Shown: one piece after another, positions 26,912 to 36,477 of the stretch | Position numbering within the stretch: position 1 is the first letter of the stretch | How the letters are laid out: each line of letters starts with the position of its first letter | Assembly: GCA_036960605.1 (NCBI GenBank) | Contig: JBALXI010000011.1 | Coordinates: forward strand, 5,869 to 69,868 | DNA length: 64,000 bases | Source of the DNA: Oleispira sp. | GTDB lineage: Bacteria > Pseudomonadota > Gammaproteobacteria > Pseudomonadales > Oceanobacteraceae | Direction of reading: 5' to 3' | The notes under the pieces: generated by a model | Seen by the model: only the letters and a program-made list of their open reading frames with translations | Database searches by the model: none | What the model was told of the DNA's origin: nothing | Translations under genes and position numbers: made by a program

Positions 26912-28072
26912 ATGATCTCGATAATTACTCGTATTGGTTTTATGAGCGTCATGCTTTTTTCTACAACGGCTTGCTTGAGCAACGAAAAAATAACGGCTGA
27001 TAATACTGATAGCCAAGTAGTATTAGATACCGTGTCAGCGGCTAAAGCACCAGCCCATCATATTGGGAATAAGTTCCGTAACCCTTATCTACCAAAAGAT
27101 TTTCAACCAAGCACCATCGCCTTTTTAAAAGCGCGCTTCTTTGACGATATGCAATGGCCAGATGAACCAGAGAATTACCGCCAACATTGGCAAACCGCCG
27201 ACTTAGAAAAAATACATAATCCCGATTTTAATAACGCTCAAGCGACCCTGATCGGTCATTCGACTGTATTATTACAATACCAAGGGATCAATATACTGAC
27301 TGACCCAATGTTTTCCGAGCGCCCCTTTCTCACTCAAAGCTTTGGTCCAAAGCGCTACACGCCGGTGGCCCTAACAATCGAGCAACTGCCTAACATCGAT
27401 ATCATTGTAATTTCTCATAATCATTATGATCATCTCGATGTTAACTCTGTAAAAGCCCTGACCAGTTCTAGTTTTATAAAAAATACCAATGGCATTCAGC
27501 CTCTATGGCTCGTGCCATTAGGATTAAAAAAATGGTTTGCTCAGTTTGATGTTACGAATATTCAAGAAATGGATTGGTGGCAAAAGATTGCCGTGGGTGA
27601 CCTAACCATCCAAGCTCAACCGAGTCAGCACTGGTCCCGTAGAAGCATATTTGATACCAATGAAAGCTTGTGGGCTTCTTGGGCATTTATTTGGCCAGCA
27701 AGTGATGATGAAGAAAATGCTGCTGATAAATTTACGGCCTGGTTTGGTGGCGATACGGCCTACAACCCCTATCAGTTCAAAGAGATTGGCCAAGCCCTTG
27801 GGGAAGTTGATTTAGCCATGATTCCTATTGGCGCTTATGAACCAAGATGGTTTATGAAAACACAGCATGTAAATCCATTGGATGCGGTAGAAATTTTTAA
27901 AGACATAAATGCAAAATCAGCTTTTGGTATTCATTGGAATACATTTGTATTAACCGCTGAAGCTGTTGATGAACCGCCCAAAGCACTTGAGCGAGCCCTG
28001 CAAAAAAATGGTCTTGGTGCAGAGCTATTTCAAGCGATGGATATTGGGGGTACCTGGATTCAAGCTAACTGA
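26912..28072 (+). CDS. MBL-fold metallo-hydrolase, NAPE-PLD-like, probable lipoprotein
   Basis: Lipobox-like STTAC. HxHxDH motif SHNHYDHLD. Overall layout of the beta-lactamase_3 type. Confidence 0.75.
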   Translation: MISIITRIGFMSVMLFSTTACLSNEKITADNTDSQVVLDTVSAAKAPAHHIGNKFRNPYLPKDFQPSTIAFLKARFFDDMQWPDEPENYRQHWQTADLEKIHNPDFNNAQATLIGHSTVLLQYQGINILTDPMFSERPFLTQSFGPKRYTPVALTIEQLPNIDIIVISHNHYDHLDVNSVKALTSSSFIKNTNGIQPLWLVPLGLKKWFAQFDVTNIQEMDWWQKIAVGDLTIQAQPSQHWSRRSIFDTNESLWASWAFIWPASDDEENAADKFTAWFGGDTAYNPYQFKEIGQALGEVDLAMIPIGAYEPRWFMKTQHVNPLDAVEIFKDINAKSAFGIHWNTFVLTAEAVDEPPKALERALQKNGLGAELFQAMDIGGTWIQAN

Positions 28073-28079
28073 TTCAGCC

Positions 28080-28775
28080 TTAGCTAGTAGCTTGCGTTGG
28101 CTGACGACGTAATAACAAGATAATAACTAATAATAGTAGAAGACCAATTAGACACAGCAAGCCAATAATAAACAGACTATTATCAGAATCTTTATTCTCG
28201 ATAAGATTGATGTCCGAGGCTTGCTGACCTAATTTACGCTCTACTGGTTTAAAGCCATTTGAGATACTAACTTGAGCAATAGATAGAGCGGGCTCGACTA
28301 ATATTTGAGAAGGATATGATACTTCAACAACCTTACCTGACTGAGTACCGAATTTAATATTAGCAAGTTCAATGTTAACGGCTTTATTGGTTTTAGTAGA
28401 AAATCCAATACGAGCAAGATGTCCCTCCCCCATTACGGGCTCCGACGGTTTTAATAAGCTAATAGCGTAACGGATTCGTCCCGTTCTAACATCGACATTA
28501 TTTGCAATTTCATAAGCAGACTCTGAAAAAAACTCACCCTTTTGAATTTGTGGTCCAGATAGTTTCGAATTGACATCAACGACAGATAAAGCCTCATTTG
28601 AATAAAAGACTTCCAACTCCATACCATAGGAAGCAGGTATATTTTCTCCGTGAAAATCTAACCAACGAATACCATCAAGGTCTTCCGTTGAAACTTGTAT
28701 TCGTCCTTCACCTAGAGCAAGACTTGATAATAAGAATAAAGAGAGTGATAAAGATAGAGATAAAAGGTACTTCAT
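28080..28775 (-). CDS. membrane-anchored cohesin-domain protein
   Basis: Signal peptide, one cohesin-like beta-sandwich pattern (YGMELEVFYSNEALSVVDV..G..KGEFF....NNVD..TGRIRYAIS....V.GEGHLARIGF), and a C-terminal TM helix followed by RRQ. Confidence 0.6.
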   Translation of the reverse strand: MKYLLSLSLSLSLFLLSSLALGEGRIQVSTEDLDGIRWLDFHGENIPASYGMELEVFYSNEALSVVDVNSKLSGPQIQKGEFFSESAYEIANNVDVRTGRIRYAISLLKPSEPVMGEGHLARIGFSTKTNKAVNIELANIKFGTQSGKVVEVSYPSQILVEPALSIAQVSISNGFKPVERKLGQQASDINLIENKDSDNSLFIIGLLCLIGLLLLLVIILLLRRQPTQATS

Positions 28776-28841
28776 AGTTCTTCCTTAAAATATGATCCCG
28801 AACCAACTGTTCGAGATCACATTATCTAACAAGTTAACTCA

Positions 28842-30809
28842 TCACTGCAATGGATTACATTGAGTAGAACCAAAATGGCTACCCAAAATCGCCAAATCCT
28901 GAATATTAATAGTGCCATCTTTATTCAAATCAGCTTTAGCATCATAGTCTACATCGCCTTGATTTGAACGATAACGCGCAGCCATAAAAGTGAAGTCTGC
29001 AATATCGATATTACCATCTGCATTTATATCTCCCGCTAATAACTCTATCGATCCAAGATCTACAGCTCTACCATTAGCAACATTTGCTGCCTGACAACTC
29101 TGCACGTAATTTTCAGAAGCTAAGCTAATAGTAAATTCTCCATCGCGTAATCCGTCAAATTCAAAACGGCCAGTCTCATCAGTAATTACTGTTACCTGGC
29201 GACCATCAATTGTTAGGACAACTTCAACACCTGATAAATCAGCAACACCTGGTATTTCAATCACACCAGAAACAGAACCTGTACCACCATGAACGCCATC
29301 ATCAATCCGGATGGTTGCTGGAGTTAAAGTGACCTGAAGTAGTTGACCATTTTCATCAGACACTTCTGCAGCACAAGTTATTTCTATATCTTCAGTAGTA
29401 AATTCAGCAATGACATCAGCTAATACAAAACTACCTGAACCAGAGAAAGGTAACTCAGGGGCTACTAGAGTTTCGGTTCCCATCACAGAGGTAACGTCAT
29501 AAATTAAAGGCAAGGTCATTGAATTTTGAGAACCAAACAAAATATCATAGTTGGCCTGAGTTACAGATAAAGAAGCACTTGAAAGGTTACAGCTAACATC
29601 TAAACCGTAAATATCAGTACCGGAAACTTCAATTGAGAATTGAGAAGTATCATCTTGATAAGGATCGATGGTTTGTGACTCTGGAAGAATAGAAATTTCA
29701 ACAGGTTCATTATTAGCAGGGATAACTGATGCAATAAACCAAGAGATGTACTTGATATCATCTTCTTCAAAGGAACGAGTACCAAGTACCTTTGAGATAT
29801 CATTGTTAATCACATAAGGATTAATGCTATTTTCAGAACAATTAGCAGTACTATCAGTACAGATTAATTCAAAAAGCACTTCATCCGCCACAATGTCATA
29901 AATACCTATAGCCCCTGTATTTCCTGAAGCAGAATCAATTTTTATTACTACACCTTCATTATTAACATCAAATACTAGATTGAGAATATTGGTATTATTG
30001 ATTTTAAATACTTTATCATCAACAGTATCCATCAGAAATACTGACCCATCATTAAGATGAGAAGAGAAGTAACGTCCATTGTCAGAAAATTGCTTGACTG
30101 ACAACCACCCAGCATTAGAAACATAGTAATTCAATCCTTCCTTGTCATACCCTAGCTGAGACAAAGAATAGCGAGTATCATTTATAACATCATACTTTAA
30201 GTATTCATCACCACTTTCGACAATCACCTCCCCGTTATTTGAAACCTGATAATGGACATCATCAAACTCTGGCAGCATCAACTCTGTGGCAGTAGTCATG
30301 TCCAATAAAAAGTACTCACGACCACCATTTGTATTCGCATAATTCAATTGATAATGTCCATCTTCAGACATACCAGACATTTTTTTTGTATACTCTAACT
30401 TGGTAAAAACTCCGCTATTAAAGTTATAAGAATATTGAAATCCAGATTCAAAAGCTTCATCTTCTCCTACGTAATGAAATAAAACGACGCTACCATTACT
30501 CGTTATAGGAAAAGGGATAGAGGTTTGATATCCCTGATCGCTAATAAAAAATGGTGAACTTAAGGTTTCATTGGTTAATGTATCATGACGATGATATCGA
30601 GCAAGTGTCGGCTCAGACGATCTTTTTTTCTCTCCGTAAACAACATAACGTCCATCCGCACTAAACTTTGGGATATCACCAGTATCTTCTAGCTTTATCG
30701 CCAAGCCATTATCATCAAGAAACATTGATTGATACTCAGAAACTTCTGCAAAGCTCGATACACTTAATACTGATATGAGAAATACCGTTATTCTATTTAT
30801 TATTTTCAT
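28842..30809 (-). CDS. secreted beta-propeller protein with a cohesin-like domain, a CarboxypepD_reg-like domain and a C-terminal dockerin
   Basis: Signal peptide. Repeated xDGRY/xNGE blade-like motifs. IYGLDVSCNLSSASLSVTQANYDILFG (cohesin-like). TGRFEFDGLRDGEFTISL (CarboxypepD_reg-like). Two dockerin-type calcium loops, DINADGNIDIAD and DLNKDGTINIQD. Confidence 0.65.
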   Translation of the reverse strand: MKIINRITVFLISVLSVSSFAEVSEYQSMFLDDNGLAIKLEDTGDIPKFSADGRYVVYGEKKRSSEPTLARYHRHDTLTNETLSSPFFISDQGYQTSIPFPITSNGSVVLFHYVGEDEAFESGFQYSYNFNSGVFTKLEYTKKMSGMSEDGHYQLNYANTNGGREYFLLDMTTATELMLPEFDDVHYQVSNNGEVIVESGDEYLKYDVINDTRYSLSQLGYDKEGLNYYVSNAGWLSVKQFSDNGRYFSSHLNDGSVFLMDTVDDKVFKINNTNILNLVFDVNNEGVVIKIDSASGNTGAIGIYDIVADEVLFELICTDSTANCSENSINPYVINNDISKVLGTRSFEEDDIKYISWFIASVIPANNEPVEISILPESQTIDPYQDDTSQFSIEVSGTDIYGLDVSCNLSSASLSVTQANYDILFGSQNSMTLPLIYDVTSVMGTETLVAPELPFSGSGSFVLADVIAEFTTEDIEITCAAEVSDENGQLLQVTLTPATIRIDDGVHGGTGSVSGVIEIPGVADLSGVEVVLTIDGRQVTVITDETGRFEFDGLRDGEFTISLASENYVQSCQAANVANGRAVDLGSIELLAGDINADGNIDIADFTFMAARYRSNQGDVDYDAKADLNKDGTINIQDLAILGSHFGSTQCNPLQ

Positions 30810-30935
30810 AAAATCCTTCTTTTGATAGTTTAAAAAACCGAATAAGCCTAGTTGAAACTATCGTACAAGGTAATGTATTTATATTCCTCCCTTATAAAAT
30901 ACGAAATTATCATTACACATATAATATTATATAAA

Positions 30936-31562
30936 TTAAGCCTTAGAAGAAGGTCTCTCGTACACCAACTGATACCATCGTGCTAGATGAGGATGCTTCT
31001 CCTCATCAATGCGACGCTTAATCACTTTAGCAAAGTCTATCGCGCACAAGGCCGTAATATCCGCCACTGAGAAAGTATCGCCCGCAACAAATTCAGATTC
31101 GGCTAAGCGCTTATTTAATTTATGAATTTGCTTATCGGCATCTATAGCACTCACTTCAGAGAAATCCGCGACCTGAGTCGTTACCGCTTTCCACATAGGA
31201 TTGCCGTGACGGAATGAAAGCGCAATCGAGTTATACAGTCCCAACTCCATGCGTCGATTCCACATTTCAATCAAAGCTTTAGATTTTGCATCCGTACCCA
31301 TTAATGGGTTCTCTGGGTAAAGCTCTTCAAAATAGCGACTGATCGCTATCGACTCACTGATTCGTTCGCCATCATCTAGCTCTAATACAGGCAAGCCTCC
31401 ATAAGGGCTTATCTCACGAAATTCTTTAGTGAACGTTTCGCCTTTAGACATATCAACATTCACGACTTCAATACCCGCTTTTTCGTAAGAAACTCCTTTC
31501 TCCGCTAAAAATATTCGAACGCGACGTGGATTTGGAGCCATTTTAAAATCATATAACTTCAT
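30936..31562 (-). CDS. glutathione S-transferase
   Basis: MKLYDFKMAPNPRRVRIFLAEKG start at ATG 31562. GST N- and C-terminal domain layout. Confidence 0.85.
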   Translation of the reverse strand: MKLYDFKMAPNPRRVRIFLAEKGVSYEKAGIEVVNVDMSKGETFTKEFREISPYGGLPVLELDDGERISESIAISRYFEELYPENPLMGTDAKSKALIEMWNRRMELGLYNSIALSFRHGNPMWKAVTTQVADFSEVSAIDADKQIHKLNKRLAESEFVAGDTFSVADITALCAIDFAKVIKRRIDEEKHPHLARWYQLVYERPSSKA

Positions 31563-31588
31563 TTTATTATCTCTATTAGCCAAAGTAC

Positions 31589-31604
31589 TTTACCGATAGG
31601 TAAA
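31589..31604. promoter_or_regulatory. palindrome TTTACC-GATA-GGTAAA, candidate TetR operator
   Basis: Lies in the divergent GST/TetR intergenic region. Confidence 0.4.
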
Positions 31605-31696
31605 AAACTATCTTTTTAAAACTGATTGGTCAACAACTTATTGAATCAATGATAAGCTCTTACAATAAACTCGTCTCAATGAGCACAATAATTTCC

Positions 31697-32272
31697 ATGG
31701 GCAGACCTAAGAGTTACGATCACCAGCAAGTATTAAAAAAAGCCATGCTGCAATTTTGGCAATCTGGCTTTGCTGAAACCTCCTTATCTGACCTAGAAGC
31801 CGCCACCTCTTTAAATCGCTACAGCCTTTATAAAGGATTCGGCGATAAAGAAGCACTATTTGAACAAGCCTTAGAATATTATCAAAAGCACGTTATAGCG
31901 CGAATGCTGGCACCGTTAACCCAAGTAGATCCTTCAATTACAGCCCTCAAAGAGTTCTTTATTCAACTGAATGTGCTTTTAAAAGGCAAATATGGAGCCT
32001 ACGGCTGCTTGATCCAAAATAGCCAGAAAGAAGGTATTAGCCACAACAAGCTAGTCAAACAGCTCGGTATCGACCTTTGGCAGCAGCAATATCAGCTATT
32101 CTCTGCCTGTATTAACGGGTCATCACCCAACCTCCCTTACCGTATCGATATTGCTACACAGCTCCTATTAGCGCAATCACAGTCACAAATTAGCCTTGCT
32201 CGAGCAAATGCTCCCGAAAAAGTTTTGAACGCTCAAAAAGACGCTGCCATCGCGCTCATTGCTAGCTGGTAA
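31697..32272 (+). CDS. TetR/AcrR-family transcriptional regulator
   Basis: MGRPKSYDHQQVLKKAMLQFWQSGFAETSLSDLEAATSLNRYSLYKGFGDKEALF is a typical TetR HTH. The start could also be 31649 or 31679. Confidence 0.85.
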   Translation: MGRPKSYDHQQVLKKAMLQFWQSGFAETSLSDLEAATSLNRYSLYKGFGDKEALFEQALEYYQKHVIARMLAPLTQVDPSITALKEFFIQLNVLLKGKYGAYGCLIQNSQKEGISHNKLVKQLGIDLWQQQYQLFSACINGSSPNLPYRIDIATQLLLAQSQSQISLARANAPEKVLNAQKDAAIALIASW

Positions 32273-32321
32273 ACACTGTTTTTGGCGTAACTCTCCCCCC
32301 TACTCTAGACCTCAGTCAAAG

Positions 32322-32337
32322 TTTACGTTAACGTAAA
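32322..32337. promoter_or_regulatory. perfect 16-bp palindrome TTTACGTTAACGTAAA, candidate LiuR operator
   Basis: Lies 58 nt upstream of the liuR ATG. MerR-family regulators bind palindromes inside their own promoters. Confidence 0.6.
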
Positions 32338-32394
32338 GGTAATGAAGATTTCTATTTATCATAGATAAGCCTACTTACATAAATTACAGCATAA

Positions 32395-32778
32395 ATGACG
32401 ATACAAATGACCGCCCAAATATTTACCATTGGTGAGCTTGCTCAAGAGTTTGATACCACAACCCGAGCCATTCGTTTTTATGAGGATCAGGGCTTAATTA
32501 GCCCCCTACGCGAAGGACAAAAGCGAATTTATAGCACTGCCGATCGCATTACCATCAAACTAATCATGCGCGGTAAACGATTAGGTTTTTCTCTTGCAGA
32601 GAGTAAAGAGCTGATCGATTTATACAATACAGAAGGTGATAACCGCACCCAGCATGTGCGAGTTTTAGAACAGGTTAAAGCCAGTCGCGAACGCTTATTA
32701 CAGCAAAAAACAGATATTGAGATCATGTTACTTGAACTCGAAGAGCACGAAAACAGAGTCAAAGCAGATATGAAGTAA
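32395..32778 (+). CDS. liuR: MerR-family regulator of leucine/isovalerate catabolism
   Basis: MerR HTH FTIGELAQEFDTTTRAIRFYEDQGLISP and a coiled-coil C-terminus. First gene of the liu cluster. Confidence 0.8.
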   Translation: MTIQMTAQIFTIGELAQEFDTTTRAIRFYEDQGLISPLREGQKRIYSTADRITIKLIMRGKRLGFSLAESKELIDLYNTEGDNRTQHVRVLEQVKASRERLLQQKTDIEIMLLELEEHENRVKADMK

Positions 32779-32816
32779 TTAAAAAAACATAATAACAAAC
32801 TTTTTTGAGGTACCCC

Positions 32817-34007
32817 ATGAACTACACATCTACTCCTAATAAGTCGTCGTACCAAGAACTCAATTTTGGCCATGGCGAAACTATCGACATGCTACGCGCA
32901 AGTGTGAATGCTTTTGCCGCGAAAGAAATTGTTCCTCTAGCCGATCAAACTGATAAAGAAAATGCCTTTCCGAATCAGCTTTGGAAAAAGTTCGGCGATA
33001 TGGGCTTACTAGGCATGACGGTAAGTGAAGAGTTTGGTGGTACTGACATGGGATATTTGGCTCATACCATCGCGATGGAAGAAATCAGCCGTGCTTCTGC
33101 TTCGATCGGTTTAAGTTACGGTGCTTTTTCAAACTTATGCGTCAATCAGATTTTCCGTAACGGCAGCCAAGCGCAAAAAGAAAAATACCTACCTAAGTTA
33201 GTTTCAGGCGAACACATTGGCGCGCTAGCCATGAGCGAGGCGAATGCCGGTTCTGATGTTGTCAGCATGAAAATTCGTGCCGATAAGAAAGGCGACAAGT
33301 ACATTTTAAACGGCAATAAAATGTGGATCACCAACGGTCCTGATGCCAATACCTATGTTATTTACGCTAAAACCGATTTAGAAAAAGGTGCTCACGGCAT
33401 CACGGCATTTATTGTTGAGCGTGATTCCAAAGGTTTCACTCAAGGCGAAAAGCTGGATAAATTAGGCATGCGTGGTTCAAATACTTGCGAGCTTATTTTT
33501 CAAGATTGTGAAGTGCCAGCAGAAAATATCTTGGGTGGTTTAAACCAAGGCGTAAAAGTTTTAATGAGCGGGCTCGATTATGAACGTGTCGTTTTATCGG
33601 GTGGCCCAACAGGCATCATGCAGGCTTGTATGGACATCGTGATTCCTTATATTCACGACCGTGAGCAATTCGGTAAAAGTATTGGTGAGTTCCAATTGGT
33701 ACAAGGAAAAATCGCTGACATGTATTCCAGCATGAATGCCTGTAAATCGTATTTGTATGCTGTAGCAGCCGCTTGTGATCGTGGCGAAACAGCACGTAAA
33801 GATGCAGCGGGAGTTATTTTATACTGCGCCGAAAAAGCAACTCAAGCCGCTCTCGATGCCATTCAATTACTCGGCGGTAATGGTTATATCAATGATTTTT
33901 CTACCGGTCGTTTATTACGCGATGCCAAGTTATATGAAATTGGTGCCGGTACCAGCGAAATTCGTCGCATGCTAATTGGTCGTGAAATTTTCGCGGAAAC
34001 TAAATAA
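32817..34007 (+). CDS. liuA: isovaleryl-CoA dehydrogenase
   Basis: Acyl-CoA dehydrogenase fold with a conserved C-terminus ([18 protein letters not shown]). ATG 32817 follows GAGG. Operon context supports the call. Confidence 0.9.
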   Translation: MNYTSTPNKSSYQELNFGHGETIDMLRASVNAFAAKEIVPLADQTDKENAFPNQLWKKFGDMGLLGMTVSEEFGGTDMGYLAHTIAMEEISRASASIGLSYGAFSNLCVNQIFRNGSQAQKEKYLPKLVSGEHIGALAMSEANAGSDVVSMKIRADKKGDKYILNGNKMWITNGPDANTYVIYAKTDLEKGAHGITAFIVERDSKGFTQGEKLDKLGMRGSNTCELIFQDCEVPAENILGGLNQGVKVLMSGLDYERVVLSGGPTGIMQACMDIVIPYIHDREQFGKSIGEFQLVQGKIADMYSSMNACKSYLYAVAAACDRGETARKDAAGVILYCAEKATQAALDAIQLLGGNGYINDFSTGRLLRDAKLYEIGAGTSEIRRMLIGREIFAETK

Positions 34008-34035
34008 GTACCGAGAAACAGGAGTGATCTGACTC

Positions 34036-35646
34036 ATGCCAGTATTAAAAACTTCCGCAAATGCTAATAGCGAAGAGTTTAAAAAGAATAAACAACACAA
34101 CCTTGATCTTGTTGATGATCTTTATCAGCACATTGAAATCATCAAGCAAGGGGGCGGTGAAAAGTCTCTTGCCCGCCATATTAGTCGTGGCAAATTACCA
34201 CCCCGTGAAAGAGTGAATAAATTACTCGACGAAGGCGCACCGTTTTTAGAAATTGGTCAGCTGGCTGCCTTAGGCGTTTATGCTGACAATATCCCTGGCG
34301 CGGGTGTGATTGCAGGCATCGGCCGAGTCTCTGGGGTTGAGTGCATGATCGTCGTCAACGACGCGACTGTAAAAGGTGGAACGTATTACCCTCTGTCGGT
34401 TAAAAAGCATTTGCGTGCGCAAGAAATTGCAGCAAAAAATCGTTTACCGTGTATTTATCTAGTCGATTCAGGCGGGGCTAATTTACCGCAGCAGGCGGAA
34501 GTATTTCCAGACCGAGATCATTTTGGCCGCATCTTTTTTAATCAAGCTAATATGTCAGCGCGCGGCATCCCACAAATTGCCGCGGTGATGGGTTCTTGTA
34601 CGGCAGGCGGCGCTTATGTGCCTGCGATGAGTGACGAATCGATTATTGTAAAAGAACAAGGCACCATCTTTCTTGCCGGTCCTCCGCTCGTTAAAGCGGC
34701 TACCGGTGAAGAAGTAAGTTCCGAAGATCTCGGCGGTGGCGATATGCATACCCGTATATCTGGTGTTGTTGATCACCTTGCAGAAGATGATGAGCATGCC
34801 CTTGCCCTCGTTCGCCAAGCGGTTAAAAACCTCAATTGGCAAAAACCTGTAGCCATGAATCTTGCAAGCCAAGTGAATGAACCGCTCTACCCTGCGGAAG
34901 ATTTATACGGTTTAGTACCGACTGATTTAAAGAAACCTTTTGATGCTCGTGAACTCATTGCGCGTTTATTAGATGGTTCTGAATTTGATGAATACAAAGC
35001 ACGCTTTGGTACCACACTCGTTTGCGGCTTCGGCTCTCTTTATGGCTACCCAGTCGGCATTGTTGCGAATAACGGCATTTTATTTTCAGAGTCTGCGCAA
35101 AAAGGCGCTAACTTTATTGAGTTATGTTGCCAACGAAAAATCCCTTTATTATTTCTGCAAAACATCACCGGCTTTATGGTCGGTCAGAAATATGAGCAAG
35201 AAGGCATTGCTAAACATGGCGCTAAAATGGTGAACGCCGTTGCTTGTGCAAAAGTTCCTAAATTAACACTAGTTTTTGGTGGTAGCTTTGGTGCAGGAAA
35301 TTATGGGATGTGTGGTCGAGCATACGATCCGAATTTTATGTTCATGTGGCCGAATGCTCGTATCTCAGTCATGGGCGGAGAACAAGCGGCCAGTGTTATG
35401 GCGCAGGTTACTCGTGATGCCAAAGAGAAGCGCGGAGAGAGTTGGTCAGCGGAAGAAGAAAGCCAATTCAAACAACCGCTGCTTAAAAAATATGAAGACG
35501 AAGGCCATCCTTATTACGCCAGTGCGCGTTTATGGGATGACGGAATTATTGATCCTGCTCAAAGCCGTGAAGTATTAGGTCTTGCCCTATCTGCTTGTTT
35601 AAATGCACCGATCGAAGAGACGCAGTTTGGCGTCTTTAGAATGTAG
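34036..35646 (+). CDS. liuB: methylcrotonyl-CoA carboxylase, carboxyltransferase (beta) subunit
   Basis: 535-aa carboxyl-transferase family protein in the liu operon context. Confidence 0.9.
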   Translation: MPVLKTSANANSEEFKKNKQHNLDLVDDLYQHIEIIKQGGGEKSLARHISRGKLPPRERVNKLLDEGAPFLEIGQLAALGVYADNIPGAGVIAGIGRVSGVECMIVVNDATVKGGTYYPLSVKKHLRAQEIAAKNRLPCIYLVDSGGANLPQQAEVFPDRDHFGRIFFNQANMSARGIPQIAAVMGSCTAGGAYVPAMSDESIIVKEQGTIFLAGPPLVKAATGEEVSSEDLGGGDMHTRISGVVDHLAEDDEHALALVRQAVKNLNWQKPVAMNLASQVNEPLYPAEDLYGLVPTDLKKPFDARELIARLLDGSEFDEYKARFGTTLVCGFGSLYGYPVGIVANNGILFSESAQKGANFIELCCQRKIPLLFLQNITGFMVGQKYEQEGIAKHGAKMVNAVACAKVPKLTLVFGGSFGAGNYGMCGRAYDPNFMFMWPNARISVMGGEQAASVMAQVTRDAKEKRGESWSAEEESQFKQPLLKKYEDEGHPYYASARLWDDGIIDPAQSREVLGLALSACLNAPIEETQFGVFRM

Positions 35647-35658
35647 AGGTTGAAGATC

Positions 35659-36477
35659 ATGAAAGATAATACGTCTCTTACAGCGCCATCTCCGCTATTA
35701 ATTGAACATGATGACGGTATTACTACGCTGATACTAAACCGTCCGGCAATTAACAATGCCTTCGATGACGAAATGATTAGCTTATTAATTGAGGCGTTAG
35801 ACGACTGCCGCCTTAATGATGATGTCAAAGTAGTTAAACTCACGGGAGCTGGAAAACACTTTTCTGCCGGAGCCGATCTTAATTGGATGCGCCGTATGGC
35901 CGATCTTGATTACAGTGAAAACCGAGAGGATGCCGGTCAGCTCGCTCGATTAATGAGTACGCTTTATCATTTAAACAAACCGACAATTGCCCAAATTAGT
36001 GGCGCTTCTTATGGCGGTGCTATTGGGCTTATCGCTTGCTGTGATATTGCCATCGCCAGCGAGAAAAGCATTTTTTGTTTGAGTGAAGTTAAAATTGGAT
36101 TAATACCCGCGGTTATCAGTCCTTATGTTGTAAAAGCAATCGGTGAACGCCAAGCTCGCCGCTACTTTATTACGGCAGAAGTGATCAAGTCAGAACAAGC
36201 ACTGAATCTAAATTTAGTACACGAAGTCGTGCCTTTGGAAGAACTCAAACCCCGAGTCGATGAAATAGTCTCTTCTATGCTTATAAACGGTCCGAAAGCG
36301 ATGGGCATTAGTAAAGCGCTGGTACAGAAAGTTGCGAATGAAAAACTAGACGAAGATCTTAAGCATCATACTCGAGATCTTATTGCACAAGTTCGTGTAT
36401 CCGAAGAAGGTCAAGAAGGCTTATCCGCCTTTTTAGAAAAACGCCCTGCTAACTGGATAAAGGCGGACTCAAAATGA
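35659..36477 (+). CDS. liuC: methylglutaconyl-CoA hydratase
   Basis: Crotonase motifs (GAGKHFSAGADL, GASYGGAIGLIACCDI) in the liu operon context. Confidence 0.85.
   Translation: MKDNTSLTAPSPLLIEHDDGITTLILNRPAINNAFDDEMISLLIEALDDCRLNDDVKVVKLTGAGKHFSAGADLNWMRRMADLDYSENREDAGQLARLMSTLYHLNKPTIAQISGASYGGAIGLIACCDIAIASEKSIFCLSEVKIGLIPAVISPYVVKAIGERQARRYFITAEVIKSEQALNLNLVHEVVPLEELKPRVDEIVSSMLINGPKAMGISKALVQKVANEKLDEDLKHHTRDLIAQVRVSEEGQEGLSAFLEKRPANWIKADSK

Noticed and set aside
28735-28775. LSLSLSLSL repeat at the N-terminus of the cohesin protein as a possible microsatellite
   Set aside because: The DNA uses mixed codons (CTT TTA TCT CTA TCT TTA TCA CTC TCT), so it is not a pure repeat. It is simply the hydrophobic core of a signal peptide.
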